Counted from the first letter of the whole stretch, positions 22,890 to 36,621 are shown. The stretch is 62,328 nt of DNA, filler included, from Stramenopiles sp. TOSAG23-6 (GCA_900128565.1; 33 parts of 33 records of this genome joined end to end with filler, not necessarily neighbours in it), one strand, 5' to 3'. The notes: generated by a model from the sequence alone, not told the origin. Made by a program: numbers and translations.

Positions 22890-24600
22890 GTTCTTGGTGA
22901 AGAAGGCTTGTCATGGAAAGAGAAAATAGAAGGTGTAGAAGAATATAGTGCAAAACATTCTCGTAAAAAACATAGGAAAACTTTTAATACGGAAATTATT
23001 TCGGATGAAAATGTACCCATTTTTAATGAAACCCATCGGTTGAATTCAAAGGGTGTAACTTCAGTGGAGCTATCATTCAAACTAGAGAATAAATTGATGT
23101 CGGGTAGTAGCCCAATGTATAGAGGTTCAAACTCATTAGTTGGGCATTGTTCGGTTCTTTTAAACGATAAACGGCATTCCGGGGGAATACAAAAGGTACA
23201 TTGTTTTCCGTCAGAAAATAAGAGTTACGATGATAGTGAAATTGTCTGTACAGTTTTGTTATCATGGGATCGGCCAATTATTTCGACCAAACCAAAACAA
23301 GAAAAAGCACATCATATTAATAAGAAGAAAGTTGAAGTTGTACATGTTACAATTGAAAATGATCTAGGTGTTCAACTTGTTCAAGGATTTATGGGAAACG
23401 GTCTTAGAATTCATGGATTCGTATCAGTTGGTGGGAAACCAGGTGAAATAGAAACAAATGGTGTAAAATTAGGCATGTATTTAATAGAATTAAATAATGA
23501 TACTCGAATTGGTTCTGTAGATTTTGCAACGGCAAAACAAATTCTGAAGAAATTCAAATTTAAAAAGAAAAACCTTGTCTTTAGCACTCGCCCCTCCGAA
23601 GAAGCCATACAAAGATGCATATTGAAAATAATGAATGTTAATTGGCAAAAACGTGAGAATGTAGCTATTGTTTCAATTCAGCGAAAATACCGTGAATGGG
23701 TATTATTGCAAAATCAGTTAGATGCCGATGCACTTTAGTTTAGAGAAGAAGATGAGACCAAGCATAAAGAGATGAAAAGGTTTGGCAACCGTGTGCGCAT
23801 TTTAATATCCTCGGCATCGGGTTTACCTGATGACGATGGAAAAGGCCGGACAATTACTTATAAGGCAATGGCGATAATTGGTCACAGCAACATGGATTGG
23901 GACGAAAAGGTCATGATAGCAAAACAATACCCAGAAAAGAGTCTATTCATAGAAACTGAAAGTGTTTTTGCAACAAGCAACCCAATTTGGAAAACGCAGG
24001 AATGGATAGATTTGGATACGTGCGAAGAAGAACCTGAATTGAGTGTTCAAATCGTGTGTAATCCTTACTTAGAAATGAATCGCGCAGATGCTGAAAATAT
24101 TGTACTTGCTGAATGCGTTATACCTATATTGCAAGAGGAACATTCTGGGGGTATTCGTAAATTCCCCTTGTACAATAATGGGATGCGAACTTCAGGATAT
24201 GTTAATATACTCTGGGAAAGACCACCACTTGCATTGCCGTTGTTGGAAACAATTTCTACAGGTCATCGGCCCGCTTTGAAAAAGGTCCAGGTATCGTTAG
24301 AATCAAATGAACCACTTGGCGCCTTCATGTGTCCTGGATTTTCAAATATTGGTGCACGTGTACATTCGCTCCTACGAGACAATGAAGGGAAGCTTACACC
24401 TTGTCAAGCAAGCGGAGTTACTTTGGGTATGTATTTAGAAGAGATAAATGGTGAGAATGTTAGTAGTATAAAGTATAAAGATGTCTGCGATCACCTTCGA
24501 AATCGACCTTCAGATACACAAACAGTAATGTTATTTAGTACATGGCCATCTCAGAAAGCGTTAGTCAAAGGGGTCCTTAAAAGTCTTGGATTGAAAAAAA
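22890..24600 (+). CDS. Tandem C2/PDZ-like protein with IQ-like motif; interrupted by in-frame TAG at 23736-23738
   Basis: Duplicated module (HSGGI...WxRP...LG...GF...GV.LGMYL.E.N) on both sides of the stop, same frame. Confidence 0.7.
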
Positions 24601-24731
24601 AAAAAAAAACATACAACATCTAATGATGTTTNNNNNNNNNNNNNNNNNNNNNNNNNNNNNNNNNNNNNNNNNNNNTTAATTAATTAANNNNNNNNNNNNN
24701 NNNNNNNNNNNNNNNNNNNNNNNNNNNNNNN

Positions 24732-25126
24732 GCTGTGTGCACCCTTGGCGAGGACCGGCGACCAACGCTTCCACTTGCATCGTGGGTCCAATCGTGCTTT
24801 GACCGCTGTTTGCCGCTGTAAAAGGGGCGGTCCAGCCGGAGCGTCTTCGCGAGCAACATTCCTTTGTAAAACGGGACAAAACCTTCTGGGTCGCTTATGT
24901 CGACCCAGTTGAAACCGTTGGAAGGTTTACTCGCTGCAAGCTTGAAGCGGAAATGGAATTTTCCAGTACCACGAAGCGGAAAGTGCTCTATAATACTTTT
25001 CAGTTTCAGCTTTTTCTTCGACAACCCGGGAGTGCTGGAAGGCAAAGTAAACACGTTCGGGTGCGCCATGTCTTCCCCAGGCTCCCCTTGCACAATATAA
25101 AATACCTGCGTACTTGCGGCTGCCAT
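24732..25126 (-). CDS. DIX-like domain protein, 5' part
   Basis: VFY...HPNVF...FPL..GKFHFRFK...WVD...VP pattern of protist DIX domains. Confidence 0.65.
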
Positions 25127-26626
25127 TTTGTTTTTTTGTATCAAAACGTCCTCGTATATATAAATAGATATATGCACACACAATAAACACACGGCTGTAC
25201 GAATCGATCCCTTGAATTCGGACGAGAAGGCATCATCATTTTCCCCGTGCCGTTTCGTTTCTTTTAAAATTAGAAACCGCGGCGGCGCGGCGCGGGGGGG
25301 GGCTGTTCAATGATTATATATATTATACTTTGGGCGGTATAATATTATTTTATTCCATATAATTATTATTATTTATTAAAGAATCGTGAAACAATCTTTT
25401 TTGTTTTTATCTTATTTTTACGAAATCGTGCAACAAAGTGTTTCACTATTCTAAAAAAATAACGAGATATTCTATTTTAATGCTGTGCGCCTCGTAATTG
25501 CAAAAAATAACACTTATCCAAGAGAATCGTGAAACAGTTTGTTGCACGATTTTAGTACACCTCTTTGTATTCAAATGTGATAAAACAGCCTATATATCTA
25601 TTTTCGACAGCACTCCTGACGCGAAACCAAAAAAGAGTGATTACATGGTATTGTACTGATTTATTTACTACGCATTCCCTATGATTATCGATTCGTCGTT
25701 CCTTCGAGGTCAAGGCGCCACAAATGTACATCTGTGAGCAAGAAGGGGCCAAACGAGCCCTCGTTTGGCCCCCACCTGATATTTTGCCTATGTATATTAA
25801 GTACAGGTATTAATACATCTATATACAATATATAAAAGAAGACATAGTGCTTGACTACAAGGGAAAATTTATACATGAATCGAATCGTACTACTCTATAC
25901 AGGCCAAGTAACAGTATCCATATACTAACAAAGTCTTTAGTCACCCGGTTGAATATGGAATAGCAAGCGGTCGAAAGAATGAGAACGACAAAAAGATGCA
26001 AATCTTGCCACATTAGAAGGGAATAATATCAAAAAAGTTGCGTTTTCGATCTCTTAAATCCAGAAAGAGCCTATTGCCTGTTAAACGCTGTTACCTGTAA
26101 ACAACGCAGACCAGAAAAGCCCACATGCGTTTAGGCTGGACAAAATCTGAAAACCGCGGCGCCCTTAGCCGAGGCTATTGCCAGTTAAATGATACTACCT
26201 GTAAATCCAATGCCTTAATATTGAATATATACAGAGCATAACAACAATTTGTAATTGCGTTAACGTTTCCTTACTGTAAATTTAGTGCCTTTATACTGAA
26301 TAGATACAGAGCATCACAAAAGTTTTAAACTATCGGAAATCAAGTTAACATTTCCTTATTACAGAATCGAATTGGTCATTAGTTTTACGGATCAGCCGTT
26401 GTACTCAAAAGGGAGGAAAGACTACTGACTCTCCCTGTAATCTAAAAAAGTACATATATTCAGATTATTATACGTGACGCGGATGGCATTCCTTAAAAAA
26501 ACAAGAAAATTGGCTGTTATTTAAGTNNNNNNNNNNNNNNNNNNNNNNNNNNNNNNNNNNNNNNNNNNNNTTAATTAATTAANNNNNNNNNNNNNNNNNN
26601 NNNNNNNNNNNNNNNNNNNNNNNNNN

Positions 26627-26881
26627 TGATTCAATTTTAGAATAAAAACGGGTATTTTTTGACAAATATGATCGCATTGAAGTGCCCCATGAAGTGGCTG
26701 CTATTGTGCGTATTGGTCGGATTTTCAGACAACCTGCAAAAACTATTCCCCATTCAACCCATAATAGACCGTTGAATATCACTAGTCCTGCTGGTACATC
26801 CTGTGAATCTATACCGACGCTTGTCATAACAGTAGCTGGAAAATTCTGAAGTTTGTTTACGATACCACCTGTTCCTGTCAT
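26627..26881 (-). CDS. Hypothetical membrane protein, 5' part
   Basis: ATG-started ORF with one hydrophobic segment, open to contig edge. Confidence 0.45.
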
Positions 26882-27286
26882 TATTAATGATTATTAGAAC
26901 GTATACAACACTTTAACTACATGAAGCGATATCACCCTTCATTGTCTCGAATAAAGTATAAAGCTTATATATCATTAACTTTCCACGTGCATCACTGTAT
27001 AATCCCACAAGACTAAGCAATGACTTTTGGTTGCTGCACTTTTTGTTTTCTGAAGTTCTAGCTATAATGTGTTTTTTTTATTGCTGTCCATCAAAAAAAT
27101 AAAAAGAACGTTCCTTGCAAAGAAAAAAAAAGCCAATTTATTTATTTATGACCGATTTCGATTTTTTATTATTTCGTGTTTTTATTTTGACATTCCGCGA
27201 GTCAACTTCGGAAGTTAGTCGGGCATAAACTGTATAGAGTATATTTCGTTTGTGTCTCTCTTTCTTGTTTTTTGCAATGATATTAT

Positions 27287-28398
27287 GTGATTTATGTGAT
27301 TTTTATCCTTCCAGAGTTTAATATGAGTACAACAGAAAAGAGTTTCCTAACAGCTGCAATATTTGCTGGAATGATCATTGGTGGCTTATATTCTGGTCTT
27401 GCTAGTGATCGATTTGGTCGTAAACCAATACTATTAGTTTGCCTAGCCACAAATACTCTTGCCGGTCTTGCTTCTGCTTGGAGTGGTACTGTTATACCTA
27501 TTATTTTTTGTCGCATGATTGCAGGTGTAGCTTGTGGCGGTAGTGTTCCGTGTATATTTACATTAGTTACAGAAATATCTACAACAAAAACACAATCAAC
27601 TGCTTTATTAGCTTGGTTAGTCCTCGGTCATCTGCATAGCTCATGGAGATATTTTGTTGTATTATGTGCAATACCTGCAGCAATAGCCTTTTTTTTGATC
27701 TTTTTATTTTTACCAGAATCACCTCAATGGCTACTTCAACAAGGAAGACAAGCGGAATCATATGCTGCACTTCGCAAAATGAGCTCCTTTTTTAGTACCT
27801 CAGTATACTCATATACAATATCTATAGTAGGTTCAAGACATACTCAAAATACACGAAATACACGAAATATTGAAAATATGGATTTTCTTGAATTTTATCC
27901 TCCGACTGAAAACTGTAATCGATCAAGTTCGTCTTCTGATGAATCTTTACAATCTATATATAGTCATGATGTACAGACACGGAGAAGAAGTTTTGGTCAG
28001 ATGAATGAAGAATTAGAGTTTGATGAGGAAAATCACAATACTATCAACAAAATGACCAAAATGACAGAAATAGTCGTTGGAAAACACGAAAAACGTGAAA
28101 AAATTTCATCCCGAAAAATAATTGAAAGTCTTTTTACTCAAAAATATCAAACTGAAACAATTTGTTTAGCTATAATGTGGTTTTCATTGTCGTATGGTTC
28201 CTACGGTTTATTCGTTTGGTTACCAACAATATTCAAAAACACAAAATCTTTTTCGGATAAACAGAATTTCGAATATATAAGCACTTTTATATACACCGCC
28301 TGCGCATTACCCGGTAATATATTATCCTATCTTGTAGTTGATTCTCTAAGCCCTCAAAAACTGTTTATAATTACACAATTAATATCAACATTAAGCAT
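27287..28398 (+). CDS. MFS transporter (SV2/sugar-porter-like), partial
   Basis: GLASDRFGRK and LPESPQWL motifs; ends at donor at|GTATCTTTT. Confidence 0.88.
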
Positions 28399-28922
28399 GT
28401 ATCTTTTATTTTTTTTTTNNNNNNNNNNNNNNNNNNNNNNNNNNNNNNNNNNNNNNNNNNNNTTAATTAATTAANNNNNNNNNNNNNNNNNNNNNNNNNN
28501 NNNNNNNNNNNNNNNNNNACAGTATGAGCTAAAGCTCGGATATCATCATTTGGATAATATGAACCCTCGATAAACAAACGACTTCCCTCTCCAAATATAG
28601 CAGTCGCATCTACTTCACCTGAAGTGAACAAAAATCCTTCGGGATTGAATCCTGAACCATTCCCCGCCGTCATTTTTAAACCAGAATCTGAAAATATATT
28701 ATCTAAATTTATGTGAGAAGCAATAGCTTCGGGTGCTTTCACCACAAGAATACCATCTGTATGGGTACATTGAATATACAGTGAGTACTTGCATTCTCGC
28801 ATGATTGCTTTAAAAGTGCTGTGACAGTAATTTTATCTGTAACCGCTTTGACATTTTCATACTCGCATATATTTATGCAAGTACCATTTATCACATTATT
28901 TTGTTCAGACCTGACAGAATAA

Positions 28923-29691
28923 CTAAATCCAGATGCAGGAACATTATGCACCTTTACAGGTATTGAAAAGAATGTTTATTCAAATGTTGGTGTTTCCAAT
29001 TGTGATGGGCATTTTTCGGGCTGCAAAGATTCTGGGGCAACTGGTGCAACATTTGATGTTCATGTTACAGAAACGATCACGGTGGTGGTTAATAATCCAG
29101 GAACGGGTTATCTAACCGGTGATATACTCACACTTGATAAAAATATTTTAGGTGGATCAGGGGCAAACCAAATACAAATTGTATCTATCAAAATAGAAAA
29201 TGTTCCTGTTGTGGGTGCTATAACACAACACGCGGAAAGCTCTAATGGAACAGGTGCAACATTAAACTTAATATTATCTAATGATGTGGGTAGTACTTTT
29301 ACTAAGAGTAAGGGTGATATCACATCCTGTGTCGTCAATACTCCAGGGATGTACTACAATGCATTAGATATTCTCAATCTTTCATTGTCGGATACGCAGT
29401 CTGGAGATAATAGAGAAAATATTTTTGTGAAGAGTATAAAAATTTCCCAATCTGTTAATGTTAGTGGTGGGGGTATTCCCTTAAGCACATTTTATGGTGT
29501 ACCTGAAGACAAAGGTCTTAATATAGGCCTAGTTTATACATCAAATGGTCAATTAATTGGCTCCATCCCATCTGAAGGCACAAAAGATAATGCTAATAAG
29601 ATTGATATTGTTCGTGGTTTACCATCATCATTAACGTCTTCTTCCTCTTCTTTGCCACCGATGCTTCTAAAAAAAGGCGATTGTTTGCTCC
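28923..29691 (+). CDS. Beta-rich repeat protein fragment with GAT.....V.NPG.GY..GD.L motifs
   Basis: Frame open from 28923; two copies of the motif. Confidence 0.6.
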
Positions 29692-30409
29692 NNNNNNNNN
29701 NNNNNNNNNNNNNNNNNNNNNNNNNNNNNNNNNNNNNNNNNNNNNNNNNNNNNNNNNNNNNNNNNNNNNNNNNNNNNNNNNNNNNNNNNNNNNNNNNNNN
29801 NNNNNNNNNNNNNNNNNNNNNNNNNNNNNNNNNNNNNNNNNNNNNNNNNNNNNNNNNNNNNNNTGAAAGACGGTGAAACTCCTTGCCAAAGATTCATAAC
29901 CAATGAAGAAATAGAGATAATGGACATTGAAAAATTCCCTAATTATGGATGGATAACAATTTGTAGTCCAAGCCAGATAAATAAATTAGAGATCACAAAG
30001 GGAGCAAAGGGAGCAAACAACGAAAAATTAGAGGAAAAACAAGGATTGTATTTAGTGAAGCATGGTAAAGGTGATGATGATANNNNNNNNTGAAAGACGG
30101 TGAAACTCCTTGCCAAAGATTCATAACCAATGAAGAAATAGAGATAATGGACATTGAAAAATTCCCTAATTATGGATGGATAACAATTTGTAGTCCAAGC
30201 CAGATAAATAAATTAGAGATCACAAAGGGAGCAAAGGGAGCAAACAACGAAAAATTAGAGGAAAAACAAGGATTGTATTTAGTGAAGCATGGTAAAGGTG
30301 ATGATGATANNNNNNNNNNNNNNNNNNNNNNNNNNNNNNNNNNNNNNNNNNNNTTAATTAATTAANNNNNNNNNNNNNNNNNNNNNNNNNNNNNNNNNNN
30401 NNNNNNNNN

Positions 30410-32199
30410 AATGTATACAATACTCAAACAACAAAACAAATGAATAATCATAATTCTATCAAATGATTATTTGGTGGCATATCATTTATAATAAATCAAA
30501 CATACGACATATACTATAAACAATAACCAATCAAAGGAAAAAACAAATGAATAATCATAATTCTATTAAATGATTGTTCTTACAATATGTGCAATACATC
30601 GAAAATACTTGATATAACATATACAATAAGCAAACAACAAAATAAATTAATAATCATAATTTCATCATATGATTAATTGTTCTTGTACCATCTGTAATAA
30701 ACTAAATATACCACAAATGATGTATACAATAATGAAACAACAAAACAAATGAATAATCATAATTCTATCATATAATTATTTGTTGTCACATTGTTTTTAA
30801 ACAGTCAAACATACTTTGTATAATGTATACAATAACTAAAGGACAAAACTAATGAATGATCATAATTCTATTCAATCCATAATTGTTTTCATACTATTTG
30901 TAATAAATCAAACATACTTTGTATAATGTATACAATAATCAAGTAGAGGACAAAAAAATGAATAATTATAATTCCATCAAATGTTTTTTTGTTTTCAAAA
31001 CATGTGTAATAAATACAAAATATCGCGCAAAATGTATACAATAATAAAATGACAAAACAAATAAATCATCATATCTTTATCAAGTTATTCTTTGTTCTCA
31101 CAATAATTGTAATACATCAAAAGTACTTCATATAATATATTCAATAATATAAAGAAGAAACGAATAAATAATTATAATTCTATTAAATGATTGTTGTTGA
31201 TTCTATTCTNAATTAATCAAACATACCAGATACACTGTATACGATAAGCAAACAACAAAACAATTAAATAATCATAATTCTATCAAATGATTATTTGGTC
31301 TCATACTATTTGTGAAGAATCAAATGTACCGGATGTAATGTATTCAATAATAAAACAACAAAACAAATAAGTCATCATATCTTTATCAAATGATCATTTG
31401 TTCTCATACCATTTGCGATGAATCAAATGTACCGGATGTAATATATTCAATAATCAAACAACAAAACAAGTGAATAATCATAATTCTATTAAATGATTCT
31501 TTGTTCTCACAATATTATTTGTAATAAATCAAAAATGCATCATATAATGTATTCAATAACNAAACAACAAAACAAATAAGTCATCATATCTTTATCAAAT
31601 GATTATTTGTTCTCAAAGTATTNATAATAAATCAAACATACCTTATATAACGTATTCAATAATCAAAAAACAAAACAAATGAATAATCATAATTCTGTCA
31701 AATATTTTTTGTTCTCTTACCATTTGTGATAAAGCTAACATACGAGATATAATGTATTCAATAATTGAAAACAACAAACCAAATAAATAATCATAATTCT
31801 ATCAAATGATTATTTGTTCTCAAAATATTATTTGTAATAAATCAAAAATACATGATATAATGTATTAAATAATCAAACAACAAAACAAATGAATAATCAC
31901 AGTTCTATCAAATAATTATTTGGTCTCACAATATGGAAAAACTCAGACATACTTGATATACTATAAACAATAATCAATCAAAGGAAAAAACAAATGAATA
32001 ATCACAATTCCATCAAATGATTATTTGGTCTCATACCATTTATAATAAATCAAAAATACTTGATATCCTATATACAATAATAAAACAACAAAACAAGTGA
32101 ATAATCGTAATTCTATCAAATGATTATTTGTTCTCAAATATTTATAATAAATTAAAAATACCAAATATAATGTATGCAATAATCAAACAACAAAACAAA
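30410..32199. repeat. AT-rich satellite, ~103-bp unit, ~17 diverged copies
   Basis: AACAAAACAAATGAATAATCATAATTCTATCAAATGATTATTTG recurs at ~102-105-nt spacing over the whole contig. Confidence 0.95.
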
Positions 32200-32453
32200 N
32201 NNNNNNNNNNNNNNNNNNNNNNNNNNNNNNNNNNNNNNNNNNNTTAATTAATTAANNNNNNNNNNNNNNNNNNNNNNNNNNNNNNNNNNNNNNNNNNNNT
32301 TTTAGATTTTTTTTGAAATATTTTTCCAAAATACATGTATGTTTTATTACCCCTTTACGAATGAGTATCTTTTTATATTTTTATATTTAATGTCTTTTTA
32401 ATAACTCAACAAAACAAAACTTTATATCATATGTACTAAGTCGTACACTACAT

Positions 32454-34088
32454 TTTGTACACCGGAAAGAATTCTCAATGGCGTCGAAGCTCCTTGAACC
32501 ATTTCCAGAGCTCCGAGGACTAGCAGTTCTGCTTAGTGTTGAAATATTTCAAGGTGATATAGTGTCTTCTAACAAACTAGTAGATACACTATGGAGTGCA
32601 TTTGTCGTTCAAAGAAAGCAAGAAAGAGCACGTGCAAACACACTTCAAAAGGCGGCGTTAGAGCCAGAAGGTAAGGATTTCATCGATGTAAACTCCCCAA
32701 GTTGTAGTGAACCTCGAATAGAACGGTACTGTGACCAACTTCATTTCCAGATAGATTTTGCGTGGTGGTATGCAAAGAGGTATATAAATACTTCCCCCAT
32801 TAATCTTACAACAAAGAAACATATTTCTGATGAATCAGAGAGTAGTGGGCTATGTGTGGCTTCTAAATGTTCATTTGAAAGGAAATATAATATAGAACAA
32901 AATATGAACGCTAACCGTAACGGTTTCGGATCCTCTGATGTGAAAACAATAGCTAATATAGCACTAGATGCCCAAAAGCGAGGTGGAATAGTGTGGATGA
33001 TACGCGAGTGTTTGCCATCACTTGATGAAAATGAGCTTATCGATGTTTTAGATTCACGTCCCCAAGGAAGTAAGATGCATGTCTTTATTCTCACCAGTGT
33101 CATGTAAATTTGATGGCTTACCACATAACCACATAGATAGTTCTATAAATGAAAGTTTGGATCCGGTGAAAAAACATTTAATGATGGTACCTTCACTGGC
33201 TTGGAGAGTAACTTTAATGGAACATATATTTAATATTCTCTTTATTCAGCACAAACATGTGAAAGCACAATATAAATCTCATATTTTTAGTAAAAGTAGC
33301 AGCGACGTTGGTTTGAAGAATATTCCCAAGGATGATCATTACTTGCTGACACCCGCTCTCATGAAGAGTTTATTGATTCTTCTTCGCGAAGTCAATATCA
33401 AAGATATTGATAGTCAAGTTCAGAAGTGTGTGAGACTACGTGCCGAAAACTTGCGCCAGAAGGTCAATGAAGCCTGGGAAAGATTCATTGTAATCGAAAC
33501 TACTGATCAGCATCAAGAGTATAATTCAACAAATTTCATGACGCGAATGCTTGCCTCTCCGCAATCATTAATGAATATTTGTTTGAAACGGAGTAATTAT
33601 GCGTTATGTAATCGTATCATTTCATTTTTTAAACTTCCTGCAAGTTGCGTGTCAACTCTAACCCTTTCGATGACATTAGATGAAGTACGAGACGGCGAAG
33701 ACATTAAATCATGCACTAAAGAATGGCTTAGAGACATTGTTCCAATTTTAATGGATGTAACATCAGGCAAAGGACATGAGAGTGACGGCTTTAGTCCTCA
33801 AATGTATTCATTTTACTTACTTGTGGATCTTGCGATTTGTGTGGCTCCATCAACTGAAGTTTCACGATGTCTCCTAAAAACTGCACAAGCTATACTTGAA
33901 ACTTGGATTATAAAATCGCAAGGAGAAGGCCTCAAGCCGTATTTGAGTTCTTGTGGTCACATGAAGACAAGCATTGTTCCTGATACACTCCATAGATTTT
34001 TTACATTCATGGCAAAATATCTACTTCTCCTGATTGATGCAAGTAAAGACTCTCATAATAGATCATCACTCCGAACACTTTTAGCAAA
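32454..34088 (+). CDS. ZFYVE26: ZFYVE26/spastizin-like protein, internal part (frameshift near 33090)
   Basis: LLEPFPELRGL and RMLASPQSLMNICLKRSNY...FKL resemble conserved SPG15 blocks. Confidence 0.6.
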
Positions 34089-34188
34089 NNNNNNNNNNNN
34101 NNNNNNNNNNNNNNNNNNNNNNNNNNNNNNNNTTAATTAATTAANNNNNNNNNNNNNNNNNNNNNNNNNNNNNNNNNNNNNNNNNNNN

Positions 34189-35122
34189 CAAACAGTAGTA
34201 CATCCTATTAGTATTGAGAAAAAACAAACAGTAGTACATCCTAGTAGTATTGAGAAGAAACAAACAGTAGTACATCCTAGTAGTATTGAGAAGAAACAAA
34301 CAGTTTTTAGAAGTGTTCCACTCGGACACTTCATGAATGTAGAATCTAGAAGGGATGAGAAAAAACAAAGAATAGTACATCCTAGTTCTAGTAGTACTAT
34401 TGGCTCTTCTGGTGTACAGAGTACATCCCAAAATTATACAATAAATTCAGGCCTCAAACGGCGTTTTATAAAGCCTCCACATAGTGCGACAACTTTATGT
34501 AAGAATATTCCTATGCATACAGTGCTCTCGGTAAATATACAACATCAGATACCTTCCAATTACGAATGCCGTATTGAAAATTGAAAAGAATAAGAGAAAG
34601 ATACCAAACCCTGTCGAGACAATTCTAAACCATGGAAAAAGTTCACAAAATATACTTAATCATATATGTGATACAGTACCAGTCAAATCCACAGTATCAA
34701 TACCTTTTTCAAGAAAGCAAAGACATAATGTCCAGCAAAAGTTACCTACAAAGAATTCTTTAGATCATGATATTCTACACAGCTATGACGCACCTAGTCC
34801 ATGTAGATTATCAAATTTTGAACCAAGAAAAAAACAAGATATTTCTAATTCTATGTTTCAAAGTATTGCTATTCCTTCAGTAATATCATGCCCGATGGCG
34901 AAACCTTCGTCGCCGCCTCCATCTCCAAGTCCATCTATGAACAATAGTTTACTCAAAGATACTCTTCGAAAAATGATATTCCCGGTATATTTATCTGGAA
35001 TTTCTAAAAACAAAACTGAGAATAACAGATTTAACACAATGAATATGACTGAGACATTGGCAAATAGAAAACAACGTGAATTGCTCATACGAATTTACAA
35101 TGCACTTCCACCAAAAACGTAG
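34189..35122 (+). CDS. Low-complexity hypothetical protein, 3' part, with 33-nt repeats (KQTVVHPSSIEK)
   Basis: Repeats at 34189-34305; frameshift near 34575. Confidence 0.5.
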
Positions 35123-35266
35123 AAAATAAATAAATAAAAATGAAACATTTACTAATCATAAATTATTAAAAATCAAAGCATTAAGAGTAAACAGTGAAGA
35201 AAGAAACATTGAAGTTTCATACTTTTTTGCATTTGATCGTGCCCTTATTCTCTGAGGAGTTATCTC

Positions 35267-35288
35267 AGGGTTAGGGTTAGGGTTAGGG
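35267..35288 (+). repeat. (TTAGGG)n tract running into a gap
   Basis: AGGGTTAGGGTTAGGGTTAGGG then Ns. Confidence 0.9.
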
Positions 35289-35659
35289 NNNNNNNNACAT
35301 CCAAAGACAGTTCGATAGGCCAATGGTCCGAAACTGATTTAATTTGATTCCTTGAAAGCTGATATTCGGAACCAAAATCAAATGGCTGAACTCCAGTAAT
35401 TCATGTATAGTTAACAAATATGCAAAATTCATAATTTGTTTAATATAAAACCATTTTCAATGAAAAAAATTGACAAATTTGAAATTCCAAATTGAAATTG
35501 AAATCTGAATCGTTTTCAATGAAAAAAATCATTCGGTGAATCGTTTTCAATGAAAAAAAAATAAATTTGACAAATTTGAAATTGAAATGAATGCCCAACA
35601 CGCTATGTAGGCGGGTCAAAACATGTTAGTTAGGGTGAGGGTTAGGGTCGAAAACGGAC

Positions 35660-35941
35660 GTTTGATACAATCACTACAACCTCCAGCATGTATTTTGGAA
35701 AAATATTTCAAAAAAAATCGTTAATTACAAAATTTCGTACGAAAAAAAAATGATATTGAAAAAAAATAAAACATACAAACACAAATCTGTCATACGCACA
35801 AGTTGAATTTGGTGTTGTGGTAGTATCAACATCATTGTCAATGAGCCAAGTATATTTTTTGGGATTCCATAATCGCATTGTGTGAGTTTCACACTTTGGA
35901 GATTTTATACATTTCCACTTTGTTTTATTCAGATAAGTGCA
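35660..35941 (-). CDS. DNase I-family nuclease fragment (GT-AT intron 35776-35688)
   Basis: CTYL...YTWLIDNDVDTTTTPNSTCAYDRFV matches DNase I WLI...DTT...CAYDRIV. Confidence 0.75.
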
Positions 35942-36077
35942 GATATTGTGAAAAAATATATTAAAAAAGAAAACGTTNNNNNNNNNNNNNNNNNNNNNNN
36001 NNNNNNNNNNNNNNNNNNNNNTTAATTAATTAANNNNNNNNNNNNNNNNNNNNNNNNNNNNNNNNNNNNNNNNNNNN

Positions 36078-36225
36078 GTGATAAAATATAGGATAAAAAT
36101 ATTTAAAAGTCGTCGACTCGTCGTGTCCTACAATAACAAGGATACGAATCGTTTAATATATAGCTGCTACTAACATATAACGGAATTTTCTTTAACTTCG
36201 ATATATTTTTTCATATTTCGTGTTG
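36078..36225. repeat. Diverged duplicate of the upstream region 37255-37415
   Basis: Shared GATAAAAATATTTAAAAGTCGTCGACTCGTCGTGTCCTA...; suggests a tandem paralogue off the contig edge. Confidence 0.8.
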
Positions 36226-36621
36226 GGGCATTTTAATGTATTGATATCAATGATGAAAATTATTGTATTACTATAATCTATTTATTTTATTCCATTTGTT
36301 ATTTAAATGAGTCCGTTGGGCATTCAATTCAGGTATGTTTTATTCTATTTTTCCGGTAAAAAAAAAATATTTCTTTTATACAAGATTGAAAAATAGAATT
36401 ACACTGGACGAGTGTATGTAAACAAGACCAAAGTAACAATAACGTACACTTAAATCGATTAAAAGAAAATGTTTATATATTTTGATTCGCAATTTTATAT
36501 CATTTTAAAATAGAGGAGTCTGGCGTCTACTATTATAGTACAGTTTTTTTGAATTATGTTAATTCAAAAGTTCGTGACAATATACGATAAAAATGTGCTT
36601 TTAAAAGAGTTATGCAGTAGC

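Noticed and set aside
23736-23738. Alternative genetic code
   Set aside because: TAA, TAG and TGA all terminate recognisable genes; other ORF breaks are explained by introns, Sec or frameshifts
29864-30309. Exact tandem duplications around N gaps (also 53037-53249 versus 53442-53654)
   Set aside because: Scaffolder artefacts
30410-32199. CRISPR-like array
   Set aside because: Whole units are homologous with no unique spacers; eukaryotic satellite
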